Assembly: GCF_035487495.1 (NCBI RefSeq)
Contig: NZ_DATHMC010000181.1
Strand: one strand, 5' to 3'
DNA from: Undibacterium sp.
GTDB taxonomy: Bacteria > Pseudomonadota > Gammaproteobacteria > Burkholderiales > Burkholderiaceae_D
DNA: 64,000 nt
The notes beneath the pieces are model-generated. The model searched no databases. It saw nothing but the letters and a program-made list of their open reading frames with translations, and had not been told where the DNA came from. The position numbers were made by a program, and so were the translations under genes. Positions 11,773-22,535 of this stretch are shown here, one piece after another. Each line of letters begins with the position of its first letter. Within the stretch, counting starts at the first letter, position 1.

Positions 11773-12686
11773 TGACGAGCGCCGCCCTTCCCCTGCCCGA
11801 AACCACGGCCCAGTCGCCGGCCCGCCGCGCCGAACCGGTGCCAGTTCTGGCCGCCACGCTGGAGCCCCGGTGGGTGCGCGCCCTGCTGATCACCGTCGGC
11901 CTGGCCTTTTTGACGCTGTTCCTGTTTGTGCCGCTGGCAGCGGTATTTGCCGAGGCCTTCAAGAAAGGCTGGCGCGTGTACCTGGCCGCGATTACCGAGG
12001 ACGACGCGCTGTCCGCGATACGCCTGACCCTGATCGCCGCCGGCATTGCGGTGCCGCTGAATCTGGTGTTCGGCGTGGCCGCCGCGTGGGCCATCGCCAA
12101 ATTCGAGTTCCGCGGCAAGAGCGTGCTGCTGACCCTGATCGACCTGCCGTTTTCGGTATCGCCGGTGATCTCCGGCCTGATCTATGTGCTGCTGTTCGGC
12201 GCGCAAGGCTGGTTCGGCGAATGGCTGCGCGACCACGAGATCAAGATATTGTTTGCGGTGCCGGGCATCGTGCTGGCCACCGTTTTCGTCACCTTCCCGT
12301 TTGTCGCGCGCGAACTGATACCGCTGATGGAGTCCCAGGGCAGCGAGGAAGAAGAGGCTGCGCTGGTGTTGGGAGCCTCCGGCTGGCGCACCTTCTGGCA
12401 CGTGACGCTGCCGAACGTGAAGTGGGGCCTGCTGTACGGCGTGATCCTGTGCAATGCCAGGGCCATGGGCGAATTCGGCGCGGTGTCGGTGGTGTCCGGC
12501 CATATCCGCGGCGAAACCAATACGCTGCCCTTGCAGGTGGAGATCTTGTATAACGAGTACAACTTCACCGCCGCCTTCGCGGTCGCCTCGCTGCTGACCT
12601 TGCTGGCCCTGTTGACTCTGGCCTTGAAAGCCCTCGTCGAATGGCGCACCAACGAATTCCGTCACCAACAAATACCTCAGGAATAA
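11772..12686 (+). CDS. cysW: Sulfate ABC transporter permease CysW
   Basis: [19 protein letters not shown] and [10 protein letters not shown] motifs. Confidence 0.96.
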   Translation: MTSAALPLPETTAQSPARRAEPVPVLAATLEPRWVRALLITVGLAFLTLFLFVPLAAVFAEAFKKGWRVYLAAITEDDALSAIRLTLIAAGIAVPLNLVFGVAAAWAIAKFEFRGKSVLLTLIDLPFSVSPVISGLIYVLLFGAQGWFGEWLRDHEIKILFAVPGIVLATVFVTFPFVARELIPLMESQGSEEEEAALVLGASGWRTFWHVTLPNVKWGLLYGVILCNARAMGEFGAVSVVSGHIRGETNTLPLQVEILYNEYNFTAAFAVASLLTLLALLTLALKALVEWRTNEFRHQQIPQE

Positions 12687-12696
12687 GGCGAAAATC

Positions 12697-13767
12697 ATGA
12701 GCATTGCAGTCAATCGATTACATAAGCGCTTCGGCAATTTTGCGGCGCTGGATAATGTCTCGCTGGATTTCCCCAGCGGCGAACTCACCGCGCTGCTGGG
12801 CCCGTCCGGCTGCGGCAAGACGACGCTGCTGCGTATCATTGCCGGATTGGAGCACGCCGACAACGGCCAGGTCTTGCTGGACGGCCAGGATGCGTCGGCG
12901 CAGCATGTGCGCGAACGCCAGGTAGGTTTTGTGTTCCAGCACTATGCGCTGTTCAAGCATATGACCATCTTTGAAAACATCGCGTTCGGCCTCAGGGTCA
13001 AAGCGCGCGCTATCCGCCCTTCCGAGTCGCAGATCCGCGACAAGGTGACCAGGCTGCTGGAGCTGGTGCAACTGGACTGGCTGGCAGAGCGCTATCCGCC
13101 GCAATTGTCGGGCGGCCAGCGCCAGCGCATCGCGCTGGCGCGCGCTTTGGCGGTGGAACCGCGCGTGCTGCTGCTGGACGAGCCGTTCGGCGCGCTGGAC
13201 GCCAAGGTGCGCAAGGAATTGCGGCGCTGGCTGCGCAGGCTGCATGACGAACTGCACGTGACCAGCATCTTTGTCACGCATGACCAGGAAGAGGCGCTGG
13301 AAGTCGCCGACCAGATCGTCGTGATGAACCAGGGCAAGGTGGAGCAGATAGGCTCGCCGTCCGAGGTTTACCAGCATCCGGCGTCGCCCTTCGTGTATGG
13401 CTTCCTGGGGAATGTAAATCTGTTCCACGGCCGCGTGCATGAGGGTATCCTGGACGCGGGCGGCGCGGCTTTCGCAGCGCCCGGCCATGCCGATACCCGC
13501 GATGCCACAGGCATAGGCTATGTACGTCCGCATGAACTGGAGGTGGACCGTTATTCACCCGGCGCGGAAGGCCTGCTGGTGCAATTGAGGCGGGTCCACA
13601 GCATAGGTCCGCTGGCACAACTGGAACTGGAGCGGGATGACAACGCCGATCTGATAGAGGCGATGATTTCCAGCGAACGCTACGCCCACATGAAATTGAA
13701 GGTGGGCGAAGCTTTGGTCGTGCGGCCCAAGCGCCTGCACGTATTCGTCGATCAACCAACACAATAA
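12697..13767 (+). CDS. cysA: Sulfate ABC transporter ATP-binding protein
   Basis: Walker [14 protein letters not shown] signature, LLLDEPF and a C-terminal TOBE domain. Confidence 0.96.
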   Translation: MSIAVNRLHKRFGNFAALDNVSLDFPSGELTALLGPSGCGKTTLLRIIAGLEHADNGQVLLDGQDASAQHVRERQVGFVFQHYALFKHMTIFENIAFGLRVKARAIRPSESQIRDKVTRLLELVQLDWLAERYPPQLSGGQRQRIALARALAVEPRVLLLDEPFGALDAKVRKELRRWLRRLHDELHVTSIFVTHDQEEALEVADQIVVMNQGKVEQIGSPSEVYQHPASPFVYGFLGNVNLFHGRVHEGILDAGGAAFAAPGHADTRDATGIGYVRPHELEVDRYSPGAEGLLVQLRRVHSIGPLAQLELERDDNADLIEAMISSERYAHMKLKVGEALVVRPKRLHVFVDQPTQ

Positions 13768-13777
13768 GATTCCTGCC

Positions 13778-14716
13778 ATGAATTTTCAACAACTGCGCTC
13801 GATACGCGAAGCCGCCCGTTGCGGCTTCAACCTGACTGAAGTGGCGAATGTGCTGTTTACATCGCAGCCAGGGGTCAGCCGCCAGATACGCGAGCTGGAA
13901 GAGGAGCTGGGCGTCGATATCTTTGAACGCAACGGCAAGCGCCTGACCGGATTGACCGAACCGGGCAAAGGCATACTGCAAATCATAGACAGGCTGCTGC
14001 TGGAGGCGGAAAACCTGCAACAAGCCGGCAATGACTACTCCGACCAGACCAAGGGAACGCTGACGATCGCCACCACGCATACGCAAGCGCGCTATGTGCT
14101 GCCGAAGGTGGTGCAGGCATTCCGCGCCGCATTCCCGGAAGTGCGCATCGCATTGCAACAGAGTTCGCCCGAGCACATCGCGGAGTGGGTGCTGTCCGGC
14201 AAGGCCGATATCGGGATCGCCACCGAAGGCCTGAGCCAGTTCAAGGACCTGGTGTCCTTCCCTTGCTACCAGTGGAACCACGTGATCGTGGTCCAGGATG
14301 GGCATCCGCTGCTGTCCAGGGATACCGTGCAGCTGGCCGACCTGGCCGCCTATCCGCTGATCACCTATGACGTCGGCTTCACCGGTCGCGGCCATATCGA
14401 TGAGGCCTTCAAACGGGCCGGCATCGGCACCGATATCGTGTTGACCGCGATGGATTCCGACGTGATCCAGCAATACGTGTCGCTGGGCTTGGGCGTGGGC
14501 CTGGTGGCCTCGATGGCGATAGAAGCACATCGCAATAACGGCTTGAAGACCATACAGGCCAGCCACTTGTTTTCACCCAATGTCACCCGCCTGGCCGTCA
14601 GGCGCGGCGCCTATCTGCGCGCCTATACGTATGACTTCATCCTGCAGTTTGCACCGGAACTGAAACGCGAGGATATCTTCAGGGCGCTGTCCGACAATGC
14701 CGAACAGGCGGCCTGA
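13778..14716 (+). CDS. cbl: CysB/Cbl-family LysR regulator (SsuR-like position)
   Basis: FNLTEVANVLFTSQPGVSRQI and TTHTQARY motifs; lies directly after cysA; cysB versus cbl orthology cannot be resolved here. Confidence 0.85.
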   Translation: MNFQQLRSIREAARCGFNLTEVANVLFTSQPGVSRQIRELEEELGVDIFERNGKRLTGLTEPGKGILQIIDRLLLEAENLQQAGNDYSDQTKGTLTIATTHTQARYVLPKVVQAFRAAFPEVRIALQQSSPEHIAEWVLSGKADIGIATEGLSQFKDLVSFPCYQWNHVIVVQDGHPLLSRDTVQLADLAAYPLITYDVGFTGRGHIDEAFKRAGIGTDIVLTAMDSDVIQQYVSLGLGVGLVASMAIEAHRNNGLKTIQASHLFSPNVTRLAVRRGAYLRAYTYDFILQFAPELKREDIFRALSDNAEQAA

Positions 14717-14812
14717 GAACCTGGTCACGATCTGTGGCGAGCGGGCGTCAGCGGGTGAAGAGCAGCGCATGAGCCCCGATCACGTCCGCGCAGTAAGATC
14801 GTGAGCAGGTTC
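14717..14812 (+). mobile_element. Miniature inverted-repeat element, family A, copy 1
   Basis: Ends GAACCTGGTCACGATCT...AGATCGTGAGCAGGTTC with TGA on both sides; homologous to 47687-47783. Confidence 0.75.
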
Positions 14813-15134
14813 TGAGGAGTACGGCCAACCGGGTAAGAATGGACCGACAACAAGCCGGGCCATTGACTGCTTGCGAAATTTCCATGCAGCAATATAATGA
14901 CCGTAAGCTCATCTTGTTCCAATGGATTAATTTGATTAATAAATAGGCATGCTTTCTGCAAATGCATGCTATGATTTATTTAACAACATGGGCTCGCTTC
15001 TGGCTGTAGGCTGAGTTGAAGGCGTGAAAGCGACGCATCTCGGCCTTTGGAAGCTGTAATAGTCACCCTCTCTTTTTGCGGCTTGCAACCCTCGCAATGG
15101 ATGAGCCCTGTTCGGCAATTTCCTAAATCAGCAG

Positions 15135-16580
15135 GTGGTTAGTGTGAAATTAACGCTACAAACCAAGATAGGCGTCAGCTTTGCCCTGGGCTTGATCACG
15201 CTGAGTTTAGCGGGATTGATGGCCTGGCGCGCCAATGACCGGCAAACCAGCGATGCCATCCAAGTGAATCATTCGCATGATGTCATCTCCGCGCTGGAGG
15301 CCTTGCGCTCCATCGTTACCGACGGCGAGGCAGGCATGCGCGGCTATGTGATCACCGGCGATCTTGCTTACCTCGACCCCTATCGGAACGATCTGAGCGC
15401 CATCGACAACAGCTACGACCATCTGCGCATCCTGACCGGCGACAATCCGGCCCGACAACAGGCACTCAAAACCCTGAAATCCTTACTGGATGACAGGCGC
15501 ACGGCTTTGATAAAAATCCTGCAGCTCAAGCGCGACCAGGACCCGGACGCGGTGCGGGAAACCTACCTGGCCAGCAAAGGCCCGGCATTGCATGAACAGA
15601 TACGCCAAACCGTCAATGCGCTGCAGCAAGGCGAGCGTAGCGTGCTGGAACTGGCTGTGGCAAAAATGGAGACCTCCAGGAAACAGGCAAGGCTGGCGAT
15701 CGCAGCAGGCATTATCCTGGGCCTGTTGATGACCACAGCCTGCTTTTTCATCATCCGGCGCGACATCCTGCACCGCAGCGTCACCGGCGAGGCCTTGCGC
15801 AAGATCAACCAGGACCTGCAGACCGCCAGCGCCCGCGCGCAGCAAGCGGATCGCATCAAATCGGCTTTCCTGGCGACCATGTCGCATGAACTGCGCACGC
15901 CTTTGAATTCCATCATCGGTTTTTCCGGCATCCTGTTCCAGGAACTGGCGGGGCCTTTAAATACCGAGCAAAAAAAACAGCTTGGCATGGTACGCGAAAG
16001 CTCCCGTCACTTGCTGGCGCTGGTCAACGACGTGCTGGATATTTCCAAAGTGGAGGCCGGCCAGTTGAAAGTACTGCAGGCACCCTTCCAGATGAGCGAA
16101 TCGCTGACCCGCTCGGTGGGCCTGGTCGCGCCGCTGGCGGAAAAAAAAGGATTGACATTGATGACCAGGATTACCGGCGACCTGGGCGAGATCGTATCGG
16201 ATAAAAGGCGGCTGGAGCAAATCCTGATCAACCTGCTCAGCAATGCCGTCAAATTTACCGAAAAAGGACAAATAACGCTGACGGCCGAGAGTGTGGACGA
16301 CTACACTCAGGATAAGGACGGCACACGGCAACAGATAATGCGCGTGCAAATCGAGGATACCGGCGTGGGCATCAGCCCGGAAGATATCCCTACGCTGTTC
16401 CAGCCGTTCCGGCAAATTGAGGACAGGGTGGACAGGCCCAACGAAGGGACGGGTCTCGGACTGGCGATCAGCCAGCGCCTGCTAACCTTGATGGGCGGCC
16501 AGATCAGCGTGGAGAGCAAAGTTGGACACGGCAGTATTTTTACCGTGATTTTACCGCGCTACGGTATTGCGGACTCATAG
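15135..16580 (+). CDS. CHASE3-domain sensor histidine kinase
   Basis: Two TM helices around a CHASE3-like domain (AETGxRGY-like GEAGMRGYVITGD); H-box SHELRTPL; N, G1 and G2 boxes; start may be GTG 15144. Confidence 0.9.
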   Translation: MVSVKLTLQTKIGVSFALGLITLSLAGLMAWRANDRQTSDAIQVNHSHDVISALEALRSIVTDGEAGMRGYVITGDLAYLDPYRNDLSAIDNSYDHLRILTGDNPARQQALKTLKSLLDDRRTALIKILQLKRDQDPDAVRETYLASKGPALHEQIRQTVNALQQGERSVLELAVAKMETSRKQARLAIAAGIILGLLMTTACFFIIRRDILHRSVTGEALRKINQDLQTASARAQQADRIKSAFLATMSHELRTPLNSIIGFSGILFQELAGPLNTEQKKQLGMVRESSRHLLALVNDVLDISKVEAGQLKVLQAPFQMSESLTRSVGLVAPLAEKKGLTLMTRITGDLGEIVSDKRRLEQILINLLSNAVKFTEKGQITLTAESVDDYTQDKDGTRQQIMRVQIEDTGVGISPEDIPTLFQPFRQIEDRVDRPNEGTGLGLAISQRLLTLMGGQISVESKVGHGSIFTVILPRYGIADS

Positions 16581-16591
16581 GAAGCTGCGGC

Positions 16592-19153
16592 ATGCCAAGA
16601 ATATTGATCGTTGACGACAGAGAAGAGAATCGCTATTTGCTGCAGGCGCTGCTACAGGGGCACGGCTATCTGGTGGACCTCGCCACCGAGGGTGCGGAAG
16701 CGCTGGCCGTCGCCCGGCAAACGCCGCCCGACCTGATCATCACAGATATCCTGATGCCGGTCATGGACGGTTTCCGCCTATGCCGCGAATGGAAAGCCGA
16801 CCACAGGCTGCAGCATATCCCGCTGGCGTTCTACACCGCCACCTATACCGACTCCAAGGACGAGGCCTATGCGCTGGGCCTGGGGGCAGACGCCTTCATC
16901 ACCAAACCGGCCGATCCGGACGATTTACTGCACCTGGTCAGCGATCTACTGCACCTGAAACAGGCGCCGGCAGTTTCCCGCTTCACATCGGATGACGCGG
17001 TGATCCTGAAAGAATACAACGCGGTCCTGATTCAGAAACTGGAGCACAAGATTTCCCAGCTGGAAGCGGCATCCTCCCGCGCATCGCAGAATGAACAGCG
17101 ATTGGCGCTGGCGCTGGAGGTCGAACAGGCAGGCATCTGGGATTGGGATCTGCTGAGCGGCGTGATCATCTGGAGCGACCGGCACGCGGCCCTGTTCGGC
17201 ATCAAACCGGAAGACTTCGACGGCCGCTATGAAAGCTTCAGGAGCCGCATACATCCCGATGACATCGGCAATGTGGAGAACGCCACCGTCACCGCGCGCG
17301 AACAGCATAGCGACTACAGCCAGGATTTTCGGGTCATCTGGCCCGACGGCAGCCTGCACTGGATCGCCGGCCGCGGGCGTTTCTTGTATGACGCCCAGGG
17401 CAAGCCCACGCGCATGTGTGGGGTCGTCGTCGAAATCACCATGCTGAAAAACAGCAAGGAACAGATGCGGCTCGCGTCCCAGGTCTTTGAAAGTAGCCAC
17501 GAGGCCATCATCATCACCGATGCGCAAGCCAATATCATTGCGGTCAACGCCGCTTTCTGCCTCTCCACAGGCTACTCCGCGGACGAAATCAGCGGCGTCA
17601 ATGCCAGTGTCCTCAGGGCGGACGGCCATGAGGCCGATGTTTTCAATACGATGTGGAGGAATCTCAGGAAGACCCGGCACTGGCACGGTGAACTGAATAA
17701 TAAACGCAAGGACGGCTCCACCTATCCGGCGCGACTGTCCATCAGCGCGGTCGGCGACGACAGGGGACAGACTACACACTACGTGGGCATCATCACCGAC
17801 CTGACCCCGTATAAGGAGGCGGAGGAACGCATCCAGTACATGGCGTATTTCGATGCGCTATCGACGCTGCCTAACCGCACCCTGCTGCGGGACAGGGCGG
17901 TGCATGCGCTCGCCGCGGCACGGCGGGACCATGACGATGTAACGATGATGTTCCTGGATCTGGACCACTTCAAAACCATCAATGATTCGCTGGGCCACTC
18001 GGTCGGCGACCAGGTATTGCAAACGGTCGCCAGCAGGCTCAAGCTGCTGATCCGCGAAGCCGATACGGTAGCGCGCTACGGCGGCGACGAGTTTAGCGTA
18101 TTGCTGGTGAATACCGGCGCCAAAGGCGCCGCCCTGGTGGCGCAGAAAATTATCGAGGCCCTGGCTGCGCCTATCGAGGCGGGTAATCATTCGCTGGTGG
18201 TCGGCGTCAGCATTGGGATCAGCTGCTATCCGGCGGATGCCGGCGATTTTGAAGCGCTGCTGAAAAATTCCGATATCGCCCTGTTCCGTGCCAAAGCCGC
18301 AGGACGCAGCAATTTCCAGTTCTTCACGCAAGAGATGAACACCAAGGCGCATAACAGGCTGGAGCTGGAAGTCGCGCTGCGCAGCGCGCTGGCAGACAAC
18401 CAGTTTCAACTGCATTACCAGCCGCAATTCGACTTGCGCAGCGGCGAGCTGCTGGGCTTTGAGGCATTGCTGCGCTGGCAGCATCCGGTGCGCGGCATGA
18501 TCCCGCCGGCCGATTTTATTCCGATCACCGAGATCAACGGCATGATCGTCCCTATAGGCACCTGGGTGCTGCGCGAAGCCTGCAGGCAGGCCAAGGAATG
18601 GCAAACCCGCGGCATCACGCATGCTATGGTTGCGGTCAACCTGTCGGCGGTGCAGATCCGCCAGGCCAACATCGTCAGCATCGTCAAGGAGACGTTGCGC
18701 GCAAGCAATCTGGATGCACGCTACCTGGAACTGGAATTGACCGAAAGCCTGCTGCTGGAAAACGTGGAATCCGTGCTGATGCAATTGCATCAATTGAAGG
18801 ACATCGGCGTCACGCTGTCCATCGACGACTTCGGCACCGGCTACTCCAGTCTCGCCTACCTGAAACGCTTCCCCATCGATACGCTGAAAATCGACAAGTC
18901 TTTTGTGCTGAACCTGAAGGAAGACGCCGACAGCCGCGCGATCGCACTGGCCATCGTGTCCATGGCCCATAGCCTGAGGCTGAAAGTCATCGCCGAGGGC
19001 GTGGAAGACGCATCGCAGGCCCATATCCTGGCGGAGATGGGTTGCGATGAAGCGCAGGGGTATTGGTACGCCCGCCCGATGCCGGCGGATCAGGTGCCCG
19101 GATGGCTGCAACGCAACCCGGCGCCGACCGCGCTGTTATCCGACCAAGCGTGA
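16592..19153 (+). CDS. REC-PAS-PAS-GGDEF-EAL c-di-GMP enzyme
   Basis: Receiver (ILIVDD, TDILMP), two PAS domains, READ I-site with GGDEF, and EAL/DDFGTGYSS/EGVE motifs. Confidence 0.93.
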   Translation: MPRILIVDDREENRYLLQALLQGHGYLVDLATEGAEALAVARQTPPDLIITDILMPVMDGFRLCREWKADHRLQHIPLAFYTATYTDSKDEAYALGLGADAFITKPADPDDLLHLVSDLLHLKQAPAVSRFTSDDAVILKEYNAVLIQKLEHKISQLEAASSRASQNEQRLALALEVEQAGIWDWDLLSGVIIWSDRHAALFGIKPEDFDGRYESFRSRIHPDDIGNVENATVTAREQHSDYSQDFRVIWPDGSLHWIAGRGRFLYDAQGKPTRMCGVVVEITMLKNSKEQMRLASQVFESSHEAIIITDAQANIIAVNAAFCLSTGYSADEISGVNASVLRADGHEADVFNTMWRNLRKTRHWHGELNNKRKDGSTYPARLSISAVGDDRGQTTHYVGIITDLTPYKEAEERIQYMAYFDALSTLPNRTLLRDRAVHALAAARRDHDDVTMMFLDLDHFKTINDSLGHSVGDQVLQTVASRLKLLIREADTVARYGGDEFSVLLVNTGAKGAALVAQKIIEALAAPIEAGNHSLVVGVSIGISCYPADAGDFEALLKNSDIALFRAKAAGRSNFQFFTQEMNTKAHNRLELEVALRSALADNQFQLHYQPQFDLRSGELLGFEALLRWQHPVRGMIPPADFIPITEINGMIVPIGTWVLREACRQAKEWQTRGITHAMVAVNLSAVQIRQANIVSIVKETLRASNLDARYLELELTESLLLENVESVLMQLHQLKDIGVTLSIDDFGTGYSSLAYLKRFPIDTLKIDKSFVLNLKEDADSRAIALAIVSMAHSLRLKVIAEGVEDASQAHILAEMGCDEAQGYWYARPMPADQVPGWLQRNPAPTALLSDQA

Positions 19154-19312
19154 CCCATCCGATGCCCGCGCAGCGCCAGTTGCGTGCAGTCGGCACTGCG
19201 CTGCCGGCGTCGCTCCCCCTTTACATCGTCTAGCCGGGATAAACCGGCAAAGATCATGAAGAAATTTTCCCACCAGCATTTCTATGGGTTTATTTCCCAC
19301 AAATAAATGATA

Positions 19313-19331
19313 TATAATGAGAATTATTATC
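19313..19331 (+). promoter_or_regulatory. Fur box
   Basis: TATAATGAGAATTATTATC matches GATAATGATAATCATTATC at 16 of 19 positions; about 100 bp upstream of the PepSY operon. Confidence 0.8.
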
Positions 19332-19427
19332 ATTTACAAATAGCAGTTTGACGAAAAGTTTGTTGCAGGCACACCGGTCCGAGTTCACTGCCGGCAGCTC
19401 TGCACCGCTTACGCGTCCCCCATCTCC

Positions 19428-20069
19428 ATGAGCGAAATAGCCGCCACAAGAAAATCCGATCAGCAGCGCCGTTCATTCTGGCTGAAGCATTTGCATCAAT
19501 GGCACTGGATCAGTTCGGCGCTGTGCATCGTCGCAATGCTGTTATTCGCCGCAACCGGCATTACGCTGAATCACTCAGCGCAGATTGAAGCGCATCCGCA
19601 GGTCACCAAAAAGACTGCGCAGGTGCCGGATAATCTGGTGTCGCAATTGACTGCACAAAAACACGGCGCCAAGGACCCCTTGCCGCTGCCGCTCAGGGAC
19701 TGGCTGGGCAAGCAGCTATCCGTCAGCGTCGGCGAACAGGCTGCAGAATGGTCCAGGGAAGAAGTCTATGTGTCGCTGCCGCGGCCCGGCGGCGATGCGT
19801 GGCTCAGCATAGACCTGGAGAGCGGCGAGCTGGAATATGAGCTCACCGACCGCGGCTGGGTGTCCTACTTCAACGACTTGCACAAGGGACGCAATACCGG
19901 CAGCGCATGGACCTGGTTCATCGACATCTTTGCCGGCGCCTGCCTGATTTTTTGCATTACCGGTCTATTCCTGTTGCAACTGCACTCCGGCAATCGCCCC
20001 ACCACCTGGCCCATCGTCGGTTTTGGCTTGCTGGTGCCGCTGTTGCTGGCCATCGTTTTGATCCACTAG
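19428..20069 (+). CDS. PepSY-associated TM helix domain protein
   Basis: LHQWHWISSA and NDLHKGR motifs (conserved His); three TM helices. Confidence 0.88.
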   Translation: MSEIAATRKSDQQRRSFWLKHLHQWHWISSALCIVAMLLFAATGITLNHSAQIEAHPQVTKKTAQVPDNLVSQLTAQKHGAKDPLPLPLRDWLGKQLSVSVGEQAAEWSREEVYVSLPRPGGDAWLSIDLESGELEYELTDRGWVSYFNDLHKGRNTGSAWTWFIDIFAGACLIFCITGLFLLQLHSGNRPTTWPIVGFGLLVPLLLAIVLIH

Positions 20070-20128
20070 CTTGCTTGTTTTTTGTTGATTTATTTGCCTG
20101 ACTAATTTACCTAATACTGAGGTTTAAC

Positions 20129-20638
20129 ATGCGTGTATTGCTCTCTGTCGCCCTAACCGGCCTGGTCGCTCCCGTCATGGCCGCCGACCTGAACCTGAAA
20201 GTCGAAGTGCCGCGTTTGAATGTGGCCGAATACCACCGTCCCTATGTTGCGATCTGGATCGAGCGCCCGGATCAAAGCGTCGCCGGCAACCTGGCGGTCT
20301 GGTATGACATGAAGAAAAAAGACAACGAGGGCAATAAATGGCTGAAGGACATACGCCAGTGGTGGCGCCGCAGCGGCCGCGACCTGCACATGCCGGTGGA
20401 CGGCATCAGCGGCGCCACCCGCCCGGCGGGCGAACATCAGCTGAGTTTCCCTTCGGACAAGGGCGCACTGGCCGCCCTGCCGGCCGGCGACTATCAGCTG
20501 GTCGTGGAAGCGGCGCGTGAAGGCGGCGGCCGCGAAGTGGTCAAGCTGCCGTTCAAATGGCAAGCCAAAGGCGAGCAAAGCGTCAAGGTGCAGGGCGGCG
20601 ACGAGCTGGGCCTGGTCTCGCTGAATATCAAGCCCTAA
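20129..20638 (+). CDS. DUF2271 family protein (predicted flavinylated periplasmic protein)
   Basis: Signal peptide; YHRPYVAIW, W(L)KDIRQWWR, DGISGATR and EAAREGGGRE motifs. Confidence 0.88.
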   Translation: MRVLLSVALTGLVAPVMAADLNLKVEVPRLNVAEYHRPYVAIWIERPDQSVAGNLAVWYDMKKKDNEGNKWLKDIRQWWRRSGRDLHMPVDGISGATRPAGEHQLSFPSDKGALAALPAGDYQLVVEAAREGGGREVVKLPFKWQAKGEQSVKVQGGDELGLVSLNIKP

Positions 20639-20655
20639 CCACCAAGGAGATTGCC

Positions 20656-21474
20656 ATGACATTGTCCGGAAAATTCACACATATTGCCCTGGTTGCCGCC
20701 GCTGCGGCGTGCATACCGCTGTCCGCCAGCGCGCACCGCATGTGGCTGCTGCCGTCGGCAACTTCGCTAGGCTCGGAACAAGCCTGGGTCACGGTCGATG
20801 CGGCAGCATCGTCCGACGTCTTTTTTCCCGACCACGTGCCGCTCAAGCTGGACAACCTGCTCATCACCGCTCCCGACGGCACGCCAGCCAAGGCAGAAAA
20901 CGCCAGCACCGGAAAATACCGTAGCACCTTCGACCTGCAATTGGCGCAAGCGGGCACCTACAAAATCGGCCTGGTGAACAATACGCTGCTGGCCAGCTAC
21001 AAGGAAAACGGCCAGCCTAAACGCTGGCGCGGCACCGCAGAAACTTTTGCCAGGGATGTGCCGGCGAATGCAGAAGACTTGCAGGTCACGCAAAGCATGG
21101 GCCGCGTGGAAACTTTCGTCACTGCAGGCAAACCCGGCGGCAAGGCGCTGGCTATCACCGGCGCCGGCCTGGAGATGCAGCCCGTCACCGCACCGACCGA
21201 CCTGTACGCCGGCGAAACGGCCAGCTTCCGCTTGCTGCTGGACGGCAAGCCGGCCGCCAACGTCAAGGTCACCTTGATCAGCGGCGGCGTACGTTATCGC
21301 AGTAAATTGAATGACATGTCGGCCACCACCGGCCAGGACGGCAAGTTCAGCGTGATCTGGCCGAGCGCCGGCATGTACTGGCTGGAAGCGTCGATCAAGG
21401 ACGACAAGGCAAGCAAACCGGCTAAGGAGCGGCGCGCCAGCTATGTCGCGACATTGGAAGTATTGCCGCAATAG
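20656..21474 (+). CDS. DUF4198 family periplasmic protein
   Basis: Signal peptide ending ASA-HRMWLLP; AGGAG RBS before ATG 20656. Confidence 0.85.
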   Translation: MTLSGKFTHIALVAAAAACIPLSASAHRMWLLPSATSLGSEQAWVTVDAAASSDVFFPDHVPLKLDNLLITAPDGTPAKAENASTGKYRSTFDLQLAQAGTYKIGLVNNTLLASYKENGQPKRWRGTAETFARDVPANAEDLQVTQSMGRVETFVTAGKPGGKALAITGAGLEMQPVTAPTDLYAGETASFRLLLDGKPAANVKVTLISGGVRYRSKLNDMSATTGQDGKFSVIWPSAGMYWLEASIKDDKASKPAKERRASYVATLEVLPQ

Positions 21475-21515
21475 GCCGCCTGTCGCAGCCCACCGACCTA
21501 TCGCTACCGACCCCG

Positions 21516-22532
21516 ATGAACCGCGTCCTGATCCCACTGACGATGGCGCCGCCGCCGTCCATTTCAACCCTCGCCCGGATAGACAGCCTGGCAGGCGCGA
21601 ACATGGGCACCAACTGGTCGGTCAAGCTGGTATGCCCGGAGCATCTGTCGCTGCCGAAAATACATGCGGGCATACAGCGGCAACTGGACCAGGTCGTCGC
21701 GCAGATGAGCACCTGGCTGGAGACCTCCGACCTGAGCCGCTTCAATCGCGCTGCGGCGGGCAGCTGGCACCCTCTGCCGAAAGAATTTTTCCAGGTGCTG
21801 GATTATGCCTTGTATGTTGCCCAGCAAAGCAACGGCGCCTACGATCCCACCGTGGGTCCGCTGGTCAACCTATGGGGATTCGGCCCGGACCGCACACCCG
21901 GCGGCACGCCCGCACCTGCCGCCATCAGTGCGGCGCTGGCGCGCCAGGGCCGGCACAAGCTGCGGCTGGACAGGGTGCAACAGCGTGCCTGGCAACCTGG
22001 CGGCGTCTATATAGACTTGTCGTCGATCGCCAAAGGTTTTGGCGTCGACCAGGTCGCGAACTACCTGCAAACAATGGGCGTGCCAAGCTATCTGGTCGAG
22101 GTGGGCGGCGAACTGCGCGGCTACGGCAGCAAGCCGGACAATGATCCGTGGTGGGTCGCGCTGGAACGGCCGCTGCCGGCAACCCCGGCTGGCGACGGCC
22201 TTGCGCCGCAAGCAAGCATCGTCGCGCTGCACGAACTGTCCGTGGCGACGTCGGGCGACTACCGGCGCTTCTTTGAGCAGGACGGCCAGCGCTATTCGCA
22301 CACTATCGATCCGCGCAACGGCTACCCGGTGCGGCACACGCTGGCTTCGGTCACGGTATTGCATTCCAGCTGCATGATCGCCGACGCACTGGCCACCGCG
22401 TTCACAGTGCTGGGTGCGGAGGAGGGAATGGACTATGCGCGCCGGGAAAACGTCGCCGCCCACTTTGCCAGCCGCACAACGCAAGGCTTTGACGAGCGGA
22501 TGAGCCCCGCATTCGAAGCGATGCTGGAATAA
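21516..22532 (+). CDS. apbE: FAD:protein FMN transferase
   Basis: MGTNWSV, DLSSIAKG(F)GVD, EVGGE, ATSGDYR, HTIDPR and ADALAT motifs. Confidence 0.93.
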   Translation: MNRVLIPLTMAPPPSISTLARIDSLAGANMGTNWSVKLVCPEHLSLPKIHAGIQRQLDQVVAQMSTWLETSDLSRFNRAAAGSWHPLPKEFFQVLDYALYVAQQSNGAYDPTVGPLVNLWGFGPDRTPGGTPAPAAISAALARQGRHKLRLDRVQQRAWQPGGVYIDLSSIAKGFGVDQVANYLQTMGVPSYLVEVGGELRGYGSKPDNDPWWVALERPLPATPAGDGLAPQASIVALHELSVATSGDYRRFFEQDGQRYSHTIDPRNGYPVRHTLASVTVLHSSCMIADALATAFTVLGAEEGMDYARRENVAAHFASRTTQGFDERMSPAFEAMLE

Positions 22533-22535
22533 GCC

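Noticed and set aside
14830-15134. Possible riboswitch upstream of the CHASE3 kinase
   Set aside because: No recognisable c-di-GMP, cobalamin, SAM or other aptamer core
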